The notes under the pieces are model-generated. The model was not told where the DNA came from and did no database searches. It saw nothing but the letters and a program-made list of their open reading frames with translations. Shown here piece by piece: positions 1 through 12,862 of a DNA stretch of 64,000 nt. The DNA is from Naegleria gruberi (Eukaryota). Both the position numbers and the translations under genes were made by a program. The stretch is taken from the NCBI GenBank assembly GCA_000004985.1, contig GG738923.1, one strand, 5' to 3'. The first letter of the stretch is position 1. Every line of letters starts with the position of its first letter.

Positions 1-1209
1 GTTTATTGGTGCAAGAGGCTCACGTCAAGACAATTTTGATTTGCTTGTGTTTTCTTGTAGTTGCATTGGTAAGTAGATACAGTGATGATTCTTTTCATGA
101 ATGGAATGTAAATGTCTAAATGGAAAACTTGATCTAAATTAATTGACAATTCATTACAATTACATCTCCACTTTATCAAATATATCCAGAAAATTCAAAA
201 AATCATCTTCCAAAGAAATAAGCAATTCGAGCCAGAGGATTTCACAGAGGTCAGGACAACAATTGAACAAGATGATCTTGTCAAGGGTTCTTCTCACAAT
301 TTTAGACAAGTACTAACCAATGCTGATAGAGAAGGTAGCTATGACAATAACAGATTTTACAGTGGACAGAATCGATTCCAACAACATGGACATGAACCTT
401 ACAACCGCCTTAAACCATCCCTTTTCCAAAATAATGCCTTCGAATACAACCACCAACCAACTCCAACTGTTAACAAGTTACATTCGGTTGCAGGTTTGAA
501 GAGGGAAGTTCATAATGACCTGCATAATAGAGAGGACATTTACGTACCTAAAACCTCAAATTGGAATTGGTTGGGTTCTGTGTTTTCGAACATGAAATGG
601 TTCAGCAAAAAACAAGAGCCTGACATTCTGGAGAGAAGACATGTTAAACTTCAAGTTCCTGACAGACAAAAAGTGCTCTTTGACAAGCCAGTTAACAATG
701 TCAGAGTGAATTTTGTAGAAGAAAGAGAAGAAAGAGAAGAAAAAGCCAAGCTGTCCTCTTCCTCAACAATGAATTCATACACCCCTCTTTATCCCTCCCT
801 ATCTACAAACATTCCTCCTTCCGTGAAACCAGAGGAATCACCAAGAGCAGGTATTTCACCTTATTTGTTAAATCACTCTTTGCCTTTAACACAGTCCAAT
901 ACAACAAGGAATTCAATGAAGCCACAACAGGAGAGCGAAAAGCCTCCCACATTCCAAACAAAGGAGAATTTCAAAGTCCCAATGGAACCTGAGGAGGAAC
1001 CAAATAGATATTTTGAAACAAGACAACAATTCCATGTTGCTAAAAGAGTTCAACAAGTCCCACAACCTGAATCTCAATCTGCCTTCAAACCAAGAGCAGG
1101 AGCTTTAGTTTCAAAACAAAGACCTCCCATTGTACACACTGTTGTTGAGGAAGAAGAGTTCATACCAACTGCTTCTACATTTGATGGGGATGATGATGAA
1201 GAAGAATAA
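1..1209 (+). CDS. 3' part of a gene running off the window start: unknown acidic protein with a glutamate-rich, DDDEEE-ending C-terminus. Likely intron at about 69..190 (gtaagt...ccag).
   Basis: An open frame continues from position 1 once a GT..AG intron is removed. The ORF-track 496..1209 protein has no recognisable domain. Stop is TAA at 1207-1209. Confidence 0.35.
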
Positions 1210-2016
1210 ATGGCCCCTTAATAATTGACAACATACATTTTAAGGCCTAAAGATGTTGAAATTAATACACAGTAAGACCAAATTAATTGTTACAACCACA
1301 ACAAACCGGACACGAGTATTACAAAATTTGCAACTACAGTACTCATCACTATTTGGAACAAGACCACGTTGAGGTGAGTCCATTTAAAGTGCCGTACACG
1401 AATTCTCTCTGTAAATGCTTCACATTAGAAGGGCATTAACATGTAGGGAGTTAAATAACCATGTTAGTCACTCAACTACAGTGAATCATGCTGTGAGGAG
1501 CAACTTAATGTTCCTTCACAACAACAATCACAACACAAGCCCACCAACACTTCGCGCTTTCAACACACTGTGTTCTCAACTTCTAGACAACACAAACATC
1601 ATTGCATGACCAAGAAGAAGTGAACCCAAACAACCTTACAACCTTAACAACAACACAACCGTTAAAAAAAGAAACAACAACAATACAAGTTCAACAAGAA
1701 CAGCAACAACAGAAAGACAGTAACAATTAGAGCTGACATTATCTTAATTCTCCTACAAAATAGTGTGTTGTGTCGTTTTATTTGCCCTCCATTTCTCAGT
1801 AGTAGTATTGTTGTTGCATATCTAACATCTTCATCATCTTCTAATATATATATACGGTGAAAATATCTGCACAACAGAAGAAAAACAAACTCCTCTAAGA
1901 CTCTATATATAACTAAATATATTACCTAGCTTAAAAGCAGTAATAATTTCACACTACACACAACAAATACTTAAATTATTAATCTCCATTACATAACAAT
2001 ATAAAAACAAAACAAA

Positions 2017-4545
2017 ATGGGAACGAATAGAGTTGTGCCTAATAATCATCATCATAATGAAGAACCAGCACTTCAATCTAAAATGTCTTCAAAACCAAAT
2101 CAACAACAACAAGAAACAGAGAGTTTTGATATAAAGAAGAGAGATGATTTGGATTCAGTGGATGGATCCATCAGTGAACCCTTAGTAGCAAAAAAGCGAA
2201 ATCCAATATTGGGTTGCTTACTTTCAATCCGTTTGTTCTTAATTCTGGTCATTACAGGTCTGATTCTGTTAACTGTCTTTTCAATTTGGATAACTGCTTT
2301 TGAAATGAATCAAGTTGCTTCAATTGATAACTCGAAAACTACAATGAAAATCATGTATGAAAAAGTGTCGAATTTCCTCATGTCTCAATTATTGCCTGCA
2401 AAGAGTATGGCAGATACAGTTGCTCAAGATTATCACATGTTTACGATAACACCTGGTTTCTTAGCAATGAAGAATTATCTATTCACGAAAATGATTAACT
2501 TTCCAATAACAGGTGCCAATTTATGTTTTGGAGAAAATAATATGAGTGTCATTCATGCTTACAATTTGAATCAGTTTCCAACTGAGCAGTTATTCTTTGC
2601 TTGGCAAGATACAGCTGCAAACAGATTTTGCATGTACAGCGTTAATCACACAGATGCAAACATAATGACCATTGCAAGGAATATTACCTATGTGGTCGCT
2701 AAAACAGATTGGTATATGGCTTCTGTGGAAATGCTCAAAACTAATCCAAATGGTGGTTATGGTCCCGTCTATAAAGTGTTGAATGGTGGATTGGCCATGT
2801 ATTGGAGTTCGCCCGTATATGATAGAGAATTACTGAAAGCAAATATCAAGCAAAGAGTTGGTATTGTAAAGATCAACTTGAATTTGCTCAAGATTTCACA
2901 GTACCTTCTTTCAACCAAGTTGCTTAATACTGGTTTCCTGGTGGTTACTGAACTGGGTCCTGATGCCTACGTCATGGGTGCTTCTTTCTCAATTAAAAAT
3001 CTGGATTCTGAGAGAATTCCAGTTAGAAATGTTCAAGAAAGAGGTATTGGAAGCTTGATGAAAGCATTCTTGGATATGAAAGTAGAAGAAGGAAATGTTG
3101 TTACAGTTGACAAGTATTTGGTTTCTTCGTATCAATTCTCATATGCAAATATTGTTTGGCAAATTACAATGTTTGTAGAAGAAACAGAAGTTAAGGCAAG
3201 TGCCATTCTTAGTAGTTACGTTATTCTTGGTGTTACATTATTCTTTGCCATTTTTGGTGTTGTTTTAAGTATCGTTATTGGTACAGTCGTTACAAAACCA
3301 TTTAAGAATCTTGAAAGTGATTTCCAGAAAATTGAAATCATGGACCTTATGAGCATTGAGCAGCATAGATCATTATTTACTGAAGTTAGCAATATTTATG
3401 GAAGTTTAACAGAAACTGTTGGTCAATTGAAAGAATTTAGAGCGTTCCTTCCAGAATCAGTTTTGAACCAATTCGAATATTTGAAGAATGATAACAATAA
3501 TCTTGCAAATAAGGATTCTTCTAAGAATGCTGGGAATCCAAACGAATTGAGTAATGGATTCAGTTTTAGAGAAGGAGATGCAAAGCCATCGTTTACAACC
3601 ATGTCTGAAAATGGACATAACGGAAGTGGCCACTCAAAGTTTTCTGAACACAGAGGAAAGGCAAATTCAAGCATGTTCAAATTAGGACTTTCTTACAAGG
3701 ATTTGTGTATTGTTTATGTGAAAATTCCAGGATTAGATGATAGGCACTATTCAAATTATCATGAATTGTCTCATGTTGTTTGTAGATTGATTTCAGGAGT
3801 ATCGTCTATTTGTAAATCCATGAAAGCAGATTTAGAAATCAAGTCCCATGATGAATTTATGATTAAGATTGATAGATTTAGTTCTTCTTGTGCTGATATT
3901 GCCCTCAAGATTAGTACTGCTTTAACCTCAAATAATGAAACTTTCAAGAGGGATGGTCAACCTTCTATTAAGGTTCATATTGGTGTTGCTTCTGGTAACA
4001 TGTTGAGTGGTAATGTTGGTAACAAGACACTTAGATACAGTGCCCATATTGGTTCAGTTATAGATAGAGCCATTCATTTGTGTAATTTGAATGCATTTAT
4101 TGGAACCAGTGTTCTTATTGATGAAGAAACTCATTATTTGTGTGGTGCTCAATTTGTTGACAGACCTGTTGACAGATATGCCAACCCAAAGAATGGAGAA
4201 AAGAATGTAGAGAATGTTTATGAATTATTGAGAAATAGTAGTGTTGAAAACGATGAATGGATGTATGAATTGCAGCAAAAGAAGGAGAATGAAAAGTTCA
4301 GCCATTACAATGAACACTTTAAAAAGATTTTCTCTAGTACTTGTGTTGGAGATGATGTAACTCAAGCAGTTGCCTATTTTGCAGAGATGAGAAACCACAA
4401 TCCAAGAGACCTGGTACTGCCAAAGTTGGAAAGATTTATAAGAACAGCTATGGAAGACTCTGATGAATTTGACTTTTCTGGATATCACTCAAGAACTTCA
4501 ACAGAATTATTCCACTATATGAATCAAAATAAACTAAAGTATTAA
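2017..4545 (+). CDS. acgA: Membrane adenylyl cyclase of the germination/osmosensor ACG type: TM, extracellular CHASE-like domain, second TM, then a class III cyclase catalytic domain.
   Basis: Single 842-aa ORF. Hydrophobic segments sit near aa 70-95 and 405-430. The C-terminal part carries class III nucleotidyl-cyclase motifs (KDLCIVYVKIPGLDD, HIGVASGNMLSGNVGNKTLRYSAHIGSVIDRAIHLCNL). The topology and length match Dictyostelium ACG, which is about 858 aa. Confidence 0.65.
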   Translation: MGTNRVVPNNHHHNEEPALQSKMSSKPNQQQQETESFDIKKRDDLDSVDGSISEPLVAKKRNPILGCLLSIRLFLILVITGLILLTVFSIWITAFEMNQVASIDNSKTTMKIMYEKVSNFLMSQLLPAKSMADTVAQDYHMFTITPGFLAMKNYLFTKMINFPITGANLCFGENNMSVIHAYNLNQFPTEQLFFAWQDTAANRFCMYSVNHTDANIMTIARNITYVVAKTDWYMASVEMLKTNPNGGYGPVYKVLNGGLAMYWSSPVYDRELLKANIKQRVGIVKINLNLLKISQYLLSTKLLNTGFLVVTELGPDAYVMGASFSIKNLDSERIPVRNVQERGIGSLMKAFLDMKVEEGNVVTVDKYLVSSYQFSYANIVWQITMFVEETEVKASAILSSYVILGVTLFFAIFGVVLSIVIGTVVTKPFKNLESDFQKIEIMDLMSIEQHRSLFTEVSNIYGSLTETVGQLKEFRAFLPESVLNQFEYLKNDNNNLANKDSSKNAGNPNELSNGFSFREGDAKPSFTTMSENGHNGSGHSKFSEHRGKANSSMFKLGLSYKDLCIVYVKIPGLDDRHYSNYHELSHVVCRLISGVSSICKSMKADLEIKSHDEFMIKIDRFSSSCADIALKISTALTSNNETFKRDGQPSIKVHIGVASGNMLSGNVGNKTLRYSAHIGSVIDRAIHLCNLNAFIGTSVLIDEETHYLCGAQFVDRPVDRYANPKNGEKNVENVYELLRNSSVENDEWMYELQQKKENEKFSHYNEHFKKIFSSTCVGDDVTQAVAYFAEMRNHNPRDLVLPKLERFIRTAMEDSDEFDFSGYHSRTSTELFHYMNQNKLKY

Positions 4546-4719
4546 AACAATTTACTTCTTTTTCTTGGTTCCTTTCTTTGTCTTGGTAGTCTTTTTGGCA
4601 GTTTTAGGTTTCATTGACTTGTTGAATATTGGTATTTCAACTGGTGTGTATGGGGTAGCTGCAACAGTATCAAATGATGAGCTGCTTAACTTGTTGGAAA
4701 CAAAAAGAAACTTAACAAC

Positions 4720-5565
4720 TTACTGTTTCAAAAAGTTTGTTCTAAATCTGTTAAAATTTCTGTTAGCTATGGAGCTTCTAGGATGTGAGGGTCCTAACTT
4801 TTCATTTAGAATTGAAATTCCCTTATTATACATATCATGAGCTGCAGGAAAATCTCCCACACATTGAAGACAGGCTGCAACGTTTATCATTGAAACTGCT
4901 GTATCAACACCTTCACCCAAATAGGTCTGTCTAATTTCCAGAGATTTTGTATAGTATTTTTGAGCTAGTAAGAACTGTCCTACATGATAGAACACACTTC
5001 CAATGCAACTTAATGGAATTGATGAATCACTGTCATTCATTGCTTGAGCAAACTTTTTGGCTTCCATAAATTCTGAAAGAGCCAACTCATCATTACCCAA
5101 ACTTTGATAAACTAATCCAATTGCACATCTGAAAAATACCAATTCTCTTGGTGTTAGATAATCCTTTTGTCCATTCTCAATCATTTCTTCCTCAACTTCT
5201 TTTTCCATTTCCTTTTTTCTTTCTAACTGTTCGTGCAAATCCCAATTTTTAGTCGACTCAAGAAAGTCATCCATTCTGGAATCCAAAATTTCCTTCTTCC
5301 TTTTTGCATACATGTATTCCAACCAAATATTTTGAGCTCTAATATATACATCGATGGCTTGTTGATATAAACTTGAATTATGATAATTCAAAGCAACTTC
5401 AATTAATTTTGTAACATCCTCGTTCGGACAGTAAGGTGCTAACAAAACCTCCCTAATCAAACACGGAATATCCTGCTCCTGTGGTTCATACCTCTGTCTA
5501 TATGAATAGGAATGGAGAGATGATCTTAATCCTCCTGCAGAAGTGGGTGATGTGGTTTGCATCAT
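4720..5565 (-). CDS. TPR-like repeat protein. It may have further 5' exons.
   Basis: 281-aa ORF with degenerate repeated helix-turn-helix (A/G-Y-L) motifs typical of TPR, e.g. ALSEFMEAKKFAQAMND, AQKYYTKSLEIRQ, AAHDMYNKGISIL. Confidence 0.4.
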   Translation of the reverse strand: MMQTTSPTSAGGLRSSLHSYSYRQRYEPQEQDIPCLIREVLLAPYCPNEDVTKLIEVALNYHNSSLYQQAIDVYIRAQNIWLEYMYAKRKKEILDSRMDDFLESTKNWDLHEQLERKKEMEKEVEEEMIENGQKDYLTPRELVFFRCAIGLVYQSLGNDELALSEFMEAKKFAQAMNDSDSSIPLSCIGSVFYHVGQFLLAQKYYTKSLEIRQTYLGEGVDTAVSMINVAACLQCVGDFPAAHDMYNKGISILNEKLGPSHPRSSIANRNFNRFRTNFLKQ

Positions 5566-5625
5566 TTTTTTTAAAAATGAAAAGCAACGATTTTATTGTA
5601 GTTGAGAGCGCGCCAAAATCTGTTG

Positions 5626-8600
5626 TTACCATTCTTCTTCGGTCATTTCAATGCCAGTACTATCTTCTGCTTCTTTGTGTTGGGAATCAGATGGTTGTGG
5701 TTCATTGTTTGTCTGGTGATTGGTTTCGTCTTCTTCATCAGTTGGTACATCATCTTCAGGGTCTGCAGCTAGATTGTTATTAATGACCTCCTGTTTGAGA
5801 TTATGGGATATCAGTGGTAGGGATGGTGGTTGTTCTTCTACAGGTTCATCATCGTCATCATCTATAATCTCTGGATCTTCTTGAGTGTTCGATGGAGGTG
5901 GTTTATATTGAGGTCGTTTAGGTCTATTGTTCGAAACAACTGTATCGTCTGTGATGTCGATCGATGATGATGCTCCATTACTGCTACGATGGTGAGCTAC
6001 CTGTGGAGGGAATGGTTGTCTGTGGTAGTGTTGAGGTTGAGGATGGTAATGACCATTTGGAGAAATATTTTCATGCTGTTGTAAAAAGGTATGATTAGGT
6101 TGGAAAGAAAAGCCAGGTTGTTGATGTGGATGTGGGTGTGGAATTTGATTGTGTTGTGAGTGATAAGGTAAGGGTTGATTGTGTTGTGGATGAGGCATTT
6201 GTACATTATTAGGTTGTTGATGATTGTGGAATACCTGTTGTTGAGGGTGATTTATAATGTAAGCCTCAGGAACTCCCAATAAATGGGGTGGTATTGGGAA
6301 AATTGGTTGAGCTGAAGCTGAAGAGGAAGGTGCATGTCTTTTCTTTAACTTGGGATTCCTGGCAGGTGAACTCAAATCCACAACTTGTTGTTGCTGGTCT
6401 TGTAGTTTCTGCTCGTGTCTCTTCACATAATTGGTAATAGTGTGATTTTGTTGAATGAAAGCATCCTCTTCATAATTGAATGTTTCATTAATGTCGTCAC
6501 TTTCAATATTGTACAACATATCGTGCCAAGTGATTCCATCAATTTCCGAATAAGCTTCCAATTGTTTTACATGGTTTCCTAGTTCCTCATAAATTTCACC
6601 TTTTGGATGCAACTCAGCCAATAATTTCTTAGTCTCAGATGATTGCTTGTCTCTTAAAGTCAAAACTTCCAATAATTCCTGATCTGAAGTGAAGTATCTG
6701 TACTGATTCTCTTTTGTGAGTGTATTCTTAATTAACCCGTCTTTGATAACTTGTCTTCTATAAACTACTTCTTCCAAGGTTCCTACTGTAATAAGTCTGT
6801 ATGTAACAACGTTTTTGGTTTGGCCAACTCTATAAGCTCTATCTACAGCTTGTTGATCTACAGCAGGATTCCAATGTGGATCTATCAATATGACTCTATC
6901 AGCTGCAGTCAAAGTCAAACCAACACCTCCACTACCAGTTGTCAGCAAAAAGCAAGAATACATATTGTTTTTTTGAAACAAGTCTACTCTGGCTTGTCTT
7001 TCTTTTGCTGCTACACCTCCATCAATTCTCAAGGTTTTCAACTTTAAGTGTTCTGTAATTATTCTCTCTACAATGTCCAACATTGTTTTGTATTGGGAGA
7101 ATATCAAGGTTCTGTGCCCTGTCTTCTTGTGTTCCTTCAATAGTTTAACAATTATTTGAAGCTTTGAGCTTTCTTCAATTAATTCCTTGCAGGTCATTCC
7201 AGATGTATCTAAATAATCTTTGTCATCTCCTTCTGATATAAAATTCTCAAAGGCTTCATCTTCATTAACATCCTTATTTAAAATTTGTGCTGACCCATTA
7301 TTAAGTCTTGGATGATTGCACAACATTTTCAATGTACTTAGAGCAGAGAAGATACATGATCTGTTTGATTTCTTTCCTAAAATTTGTTTAACAATTTCGG
7401 ATTTGAGATATTGGGTATAAACACGGTCCTGTGTCTTGCTGAGGTAACACCACAATACAAGTTCATTCTTTTGGGATATTTTAGCTTTACCAGTGCTCTG
7501 CTTTTTAAGAATTGTTCCTAATCCTACATTGTGATCACTTTCTAAAACCTGATTTTTGTGTCTTCTCAAGATGTATGGCTGAATTAAAGATCTCATTTGT
7601 TGGGAGAGTTTGTTTCCTAGTACCTTTTCAGTATTTGAGGCATCCCTTTTACGAGATTTTACAATTGACCTCTCAAAATTTGTTTTAAATTCTTTCTTGT
7701 CTCCTAAAATATTGTCTCCATAAAAAACATAATCATAAATAGACCACATTTCCATAAGCTTGATAAATATGAATGATAAATATACAATGTTATAATATTA
7801 ATATGAATGTAAATATAAATTGTTAAATATTAATAAAAATAAAGGATAAATACCTTATTCATAATAGGAGTTCCAGTTAGACAAAACTTGGCTCTAGAAC
7901 CAATCTTTCTCAAATTTTTAGAAATTCCAGTTTGGTCATTTTTGATTTGATGCGCTTCGTCAACAATTGTGATATCAAATTCTTGCTTTGCACATAGTGA
8001 AGCAAGAGTAACCGTATATGTGACCAGAGTTCTGAATGTGGTAATTATGGCAGCTGACTTTTGTTGTTTAGCACATCCATGAAAATCTCTTGCCATACTG
8101 TTGTACTGTTCTTTGGATGATAAATTATGGAATACAAAGGTTTTGATATTTGGTGCCCATTTATCTAGCTCGCTAGCCCAAGTTTGAAGCACTGATAATG
8201 GAGCAATAATTAAATAACGTCTTGTTTTGCTTTGAGCCAAACCTCCTAGAAAGGCTGAAACTTGAACAGTTTTGCCCAATCCCATTTCACTTAAAGTTGA
8301 AATTAAATATATTAGAGACCCTTAATAATACTTACTCTGCTAATATTCCACCTCTGTACTTGTCGGCATTGAATCTTGTATTGAGCCACTTGATTCCTTC
8401 TTTTTGGAATGAATATAGTTTCGTGTAAACATCTCTGTCTAGAATGAGACCTCCATCCAAGTAATAGTCGTCGTCTGCGTCCTTTTTCCAACCATTTCCA
8501 ACATCTATAAGCTCAGCCATGTTTGTAGTTTTTTGGGCTCGCTTCTTCATTCTTTCTTTGAATTCTCTTTCTTTTTTAGAAAAACTTTCTGAAGTGAGAA

Positions 8601-9472
8601 GTGTACCTATTTCATCATCACTAAACGAGATTTCATCCCAATCATCATCACATCACCTTGAGAATATGGTACTTCTTCTTCATCCTCAGTTTCTTCCTGA
8701 CTTACTTCTTCATATTCTTCCTCTCCCTCTTTATCACTTTCTTCCTCTTCTTCGTCCTCATCCTCATGAACAATAAAGTCTTCCAATTCTCTTTCCGAAA
8801 GTTTCTTCTCTCGAGTTTTCCTTAAAATTCTCGAAACTTTTTCAGGAGAAACTACTCTATCCTCTTCAGAGTCAGAATCTGTATCCTGTCGTGACGTTCT
8901 CTTTTTTTTAAAATTCAGATATGTTTGAACTGTGTATTTTGTTTCACTGTCCGCTTTACTACTACTAGCTTTAGCAGGCTTTGATTTACTACTACTAGGA
9001 CTAGATTTAACATTATTCTACTCGATGCATGGTGGCCTCTATAATTAAGAATATGTTGTACAGAAGAATCAACATCATCGTCTTCCTCATCAGATGATAT
9101 TAATATGGCAGAATTATTTGAAGGAGGACTTTTCTCCTCATCACTACTATCCGATATCACAGAGATATGACTAACCTTCGAAGCAGAATGTCCAGCCTCT
9201 TTCATCTTCCGAAAACTATCAATACTCTTATGTATAGTCGATCTATTATCCTGCTTTACCTTCTTAAAATTTGTTTGTTTTTCCGAACCTGATGATGGTG
9301 ATTCCTCGTCATTGGAAGAAACCACAGAATTTTTTCTCTTCTTACTATTTATTTCTGGATCGAGGCTAGGTGGTGATGAAATGATCTTTTTAGCCTTTGA
9401 AAATGTATTTTCCTCCTCTTCATCCTCCGAAAGATCGAATACGACTTGATACGAATTAGGTCGTTGTGGCAT
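5626..9472 (-). CDS. SNF2-family DNA-dependent ATPase (ERCC6/Rad54-like). It has an acidic, serine-rich N-terminus and a Q/H/P-rich C-terminal tail. It is multi-exon, with introns at about 7756..7829 and 8286..8331 and probably others near 8600-9050.
   Basis: Motif I is GGILADEMGLGKT, split across the ORFs 8332..8550 and 7830..8285. The DEAH box is IVDEAHQIKN. The helicase C-terminal motifs (LLTTGSGGVGLTLTAADRVILIDPHWNPAVDQQAVDRAYRVGQ) lie in ORF 5626..7755. ORF 8915..9472 is in the same orientation and supplies an acidic N-terminus. Confidence 0.7.
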
Positions 9473-9782
9473 TTTTTTTTAAATTTTCTTTTTGGCGCTG
9501 GAATTTAAAATGTTGCTAACCTACAAATGTTGTAAAAGAAACGTGAATTATTGTTAAATGTCATAAAAAACTTTATTCTCACAGGATGATTTTTGACTTT
9601 TCAACAAATTCAATACTTATTGTAAACAATAAAGTATGGAAATGCCGGTTGCAATTTTTGAAACTTGCAACTCACAACTTTATTTCTCATTGAGTTTCCA
9701 GGAATTTTGCAACCAATCTAAACATAGCAAGACAGCTTAAAAATTCTCCACCAGCTAGTCTTGCTATGAATACTTTAAAAAA

Positions 9783-11694
9783 ATGTTGCAACATTTGCCT
9801 TCTGATATCTTTCTCTTTCACTTGATTCCGTACATGTCGGGAGTGAAGGCTTGGATATCTATGTGTAATTCGTGTTCAACAATCCGATCAAAATTTAAAC
9901 AATCTTCATTGACTTTGGAATGTGAAGGAAGGGATTGTTTTCAAAATAGTAAATTTATGAGAGATTCTGTATCGGAAACTGATTGGGGAATGCAATTGCA
10001 TGAAGGCTTTGTTGCCATGTTGGAATCTGGTTTATTTTGTAAAGTTCTCTTGAATTTTAGGTGGACTAAGCTTTCAGAAGCTATGGCAAAATTACTAACG
10101 AAAGAATCTAAATGTTTGGATTTAATTTCACAATTGGAAGTTTTTGATTGTGTTGGGCGGGCAGAATCATTAATTTTGAACGCAAATTGGAAACAACTTT
10201 CAGTATTAACATTTTCGCATAAGAGCACGATTCCAGCAAAGAAACAAGAAAACCAATTGGTAGATTTTACAAAAATTGTAAATTTGGAAGTATTTGAAAT
10301 GGGAGAGAATATTAGATTTGAATTTCCAAGGAACAAAGAGCATTATTTCCAATTTGAAAGAATTGAAACTTGCAAGACATGATACTTCATTTTATGAGGA
10401 AATACTCAAAAAGTGTGATTTCTCTAATTTGGAATGTTTGGAAATTAGAAATTGCCACTTGGGAAAATTCAATTTTTCAGATATTCAATCATTTAAATTG
10501 AAATCTTTAAATCTATCAAATTCTACATTTCATAACTTAAATGAATTATTCCAACTTAAGCAATTAATTAATTTGGAAAGTTTAAGTATTATAACAGATA
10601 ATGGTAACATTTTAAAGACATTATTCGAATCTTCTATATTTCACAAAACTCTTTCTAAATTAGAAATAGAAAGACGACATACCGGCTACCATCCATGGAA
10701 TGGTGATTTGATTTGGGAATGGTTTTTGAATGGAAATTTGAAAAACATCAAACACTTAGCAATCCCTTGGATGGACATGAATGCTAATCATCTAGAAGCA
10801 TACAAAAAATCCAATATACAATTAGAAGGATTGGTTATATGTCAACTAAGTGGTGTTAATCAGAAACAAATGAAAGTGTTCAAAAATTTAACGCATTTAA
10901 AGATTAAATATCAAACAGATTACACTTTAGTTAGTGAACTGAAAAAGTTGAAATACCTATCATGTAATTGTTATGGTACTGTAATACTAAACTTACCTGA
11001 TCTTGAAAGATTAGAAATGAATTATGTTGATCGTATCTCATTGGAAACTAATAATTTGAAACACTTTAGTTGTTATTCTAGTTCTATTTACGGAATTGTT
11101 AACTCAATAATTGGATCACAAATGAAATTGGAATCATTTAATCTTTCATGCAGATATTCTAATGATAGTCAAGACCAAGTTGACGATGCTTTGTATAATA
11201 TTGCCACACACCCTAATTTCAAAACTTTGAAAGAACTTTATTTAGATTATGAATTAAGTGATGAGAATTTAGAAGATTTAGCATATAGTCAATTGAGTTT
11301 AAATAGCTTGACACTAAATTCACGATTTTTAACATGTAATTCTGCATATGAATTATGTGATGGAAGTATTGAAGCCAAAATGATCCAAATACGATTTACC
11401 CATAATTTTGTTCAAGATCCATTATTATATAGTGGCAGTTTAAATGGATTAATTCAACTATTAACTGATTTGGAAAATACGGAATGTAATGCTGATATTA
11501 TTGAGGAAGATGATTCTTGGTTTTATTATACTGGGCCAGTAACTCGATTCTTAACTTATGATGACTATTCTGATGTTTTCGGAAGAGATATTGTTTCAGA
11601 ATATAACTTTGATGATTCCCACAAAAATAAGTTTAAATCTGACAAGATTAGAGTTATCAGTAGAATTAAGTTTAATATGAAAATTTATTTGTAA
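9783..11694 (+). CDS. F-box-like plus leucine-rich-repeat protein. It is interrupted by an apparent +1 frame change near 10300-10380, so it is either a pseudogene or contains an assembly indel.
   Basis: ORF 9783..10382 has an F-box-like N-terminus (LPSDIFLFHLIPYM). ORF 10294..11694 overlaps it by 89 nt in another frame and is LRR-rich (LKELKL, LESLSI, LTHLKI). Both frames look coding across the overlap, and the overlap leaves no room for a GT..AG intron. Confidence 0.45.
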
Positions 11695-11709
11695 TGAGTT
11701 GTCCACTTG

Positions 11710-12697
11710 TTAATAAGCCACAACTGCAAGCAACAAATTGAAAAGAAAAGAACCACAAGTAATACACAAACAAGCAAGTGATGCACCAACAGTATATACA
11801 AATTGAGCAATCAAGAACGGAGAAATCATATCATAAATTACAGGATATTGAACATAACATTGAGATTCAAAATTGTAAAATGCCATAAAAACCAACAAGA
11901 TGGTAATTGCAATGCCATTCAAAGTTTTGATAGATCCACAACAAACTCTAAAGAAAGAATGAGTGCACAATGTATACTTATTCAAGTTGATACTACAGCA
12001 GAAACATGCAGAGATTGAATTACCACGAGTTTGTTCGTAATGCATTTCGTATGATTTCTCTCTGTAATTATTTGGAGTTGGTTCACTGTATTGAACTTGT
12101 GGTTGAGTGGTTGATTGCATTTCAATGCCTTGTGCTGTGGAAACTGAAATTGCTTGTTGAGTTTGAGGATTCATTCTATCAACACTTGAACTCATATAGA
12201 CTGGATCTTGAGCTGGTTGATTTTCGAATATTGTTGGAGATTCATTAATCCAGTTTTCTCTCAAAACTGCATAACCACCATCCTCAGTTCCTGGTGAATA
12301 ATTACCACTATTGAGAACTCGATTAGTTCTAGAGAAAGTATCAGAAAGTACATCAAGGAAACCTGAACACATAGCTACAAATCCAAGAATTACTCCAAGA
12401 AATTCCAAACATGTGACAGCTAACATCATATTTACAAGTGTTCTCCCTAAACATGCAGTAGAATCTGCCAATGGATTTGGACTAATCATGTTTGGTCTGT
12501 TGGTAGCAGTATCACTTGATGAAACGATGAATAGGAAGAGTGACCAAATAGCAAATGCTATGGAAAAGCAAATTCCAAGAGCATGAATACATGCAGTCAA
12601 TCTGAAATAAAGTTTATATTTGTCAAGATGAAAACTATTCGAAAGTGTAAATAGTACTTACAGCCAAGTCCTTCTTGCATCAGTATGTCTTGACATT
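11710..12697 (-). CDS. Four-TM membrane protein with a cysteine-rich loop (CFCC...CCG). It has two exons: a short first exon (MSRHTDARRTWL, about 12662..12697) and an intron at about 12604..12661.
   Basis: An ATG at 12697 (minus) is followed by a gtaagt..ttcag intron that joins in frame to ORF 11710..12600. There are four hydrophobic helices and a roughly 110-aa loop holding clustered Cys. Confidence 0.45.
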
Positions 12698-12862
12698 TTT
12701 TCAAAGTTATTAGAATAAAAGTAGGATCGCTTATAACAGAAAAGATTTGAATTATTTGGAGTTTGTTTCATGTCTTTCCATAAAAAGTTTACTATTTTGG
12801 GCGACTTCTAAAAATGATTCATTTTCAACATTGCTTTTTTGAAAGAATTAATCTGTTTTATT

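Noticed and set aside
1415-1874. Small ORFs (1415..1609 +, 1662..1874 -) in the intergenic region upstream of the cyclase gene
   Set aside because: The region is AC/CAA-repeat rich, as in promoters and 5'UTRs. The ORFs have no homology signal and have biased composition.
3423-3680. Antisense ORFs inside the cyclase gene (3423..3680 -, 4225..4488 -)
   Set aside because: They are embedded opposite a well-supported long ORF. Their composition is low-complexity and typical of AT-rich antisense frames.
5997-6400. His/Gln/Pro-rich tail of the SNF2 protein read as a possible separate prion-like gene
   Set aside because: It is contiguous and in frame with the helicase C-terminal motifs, so it is part of the same ORF.
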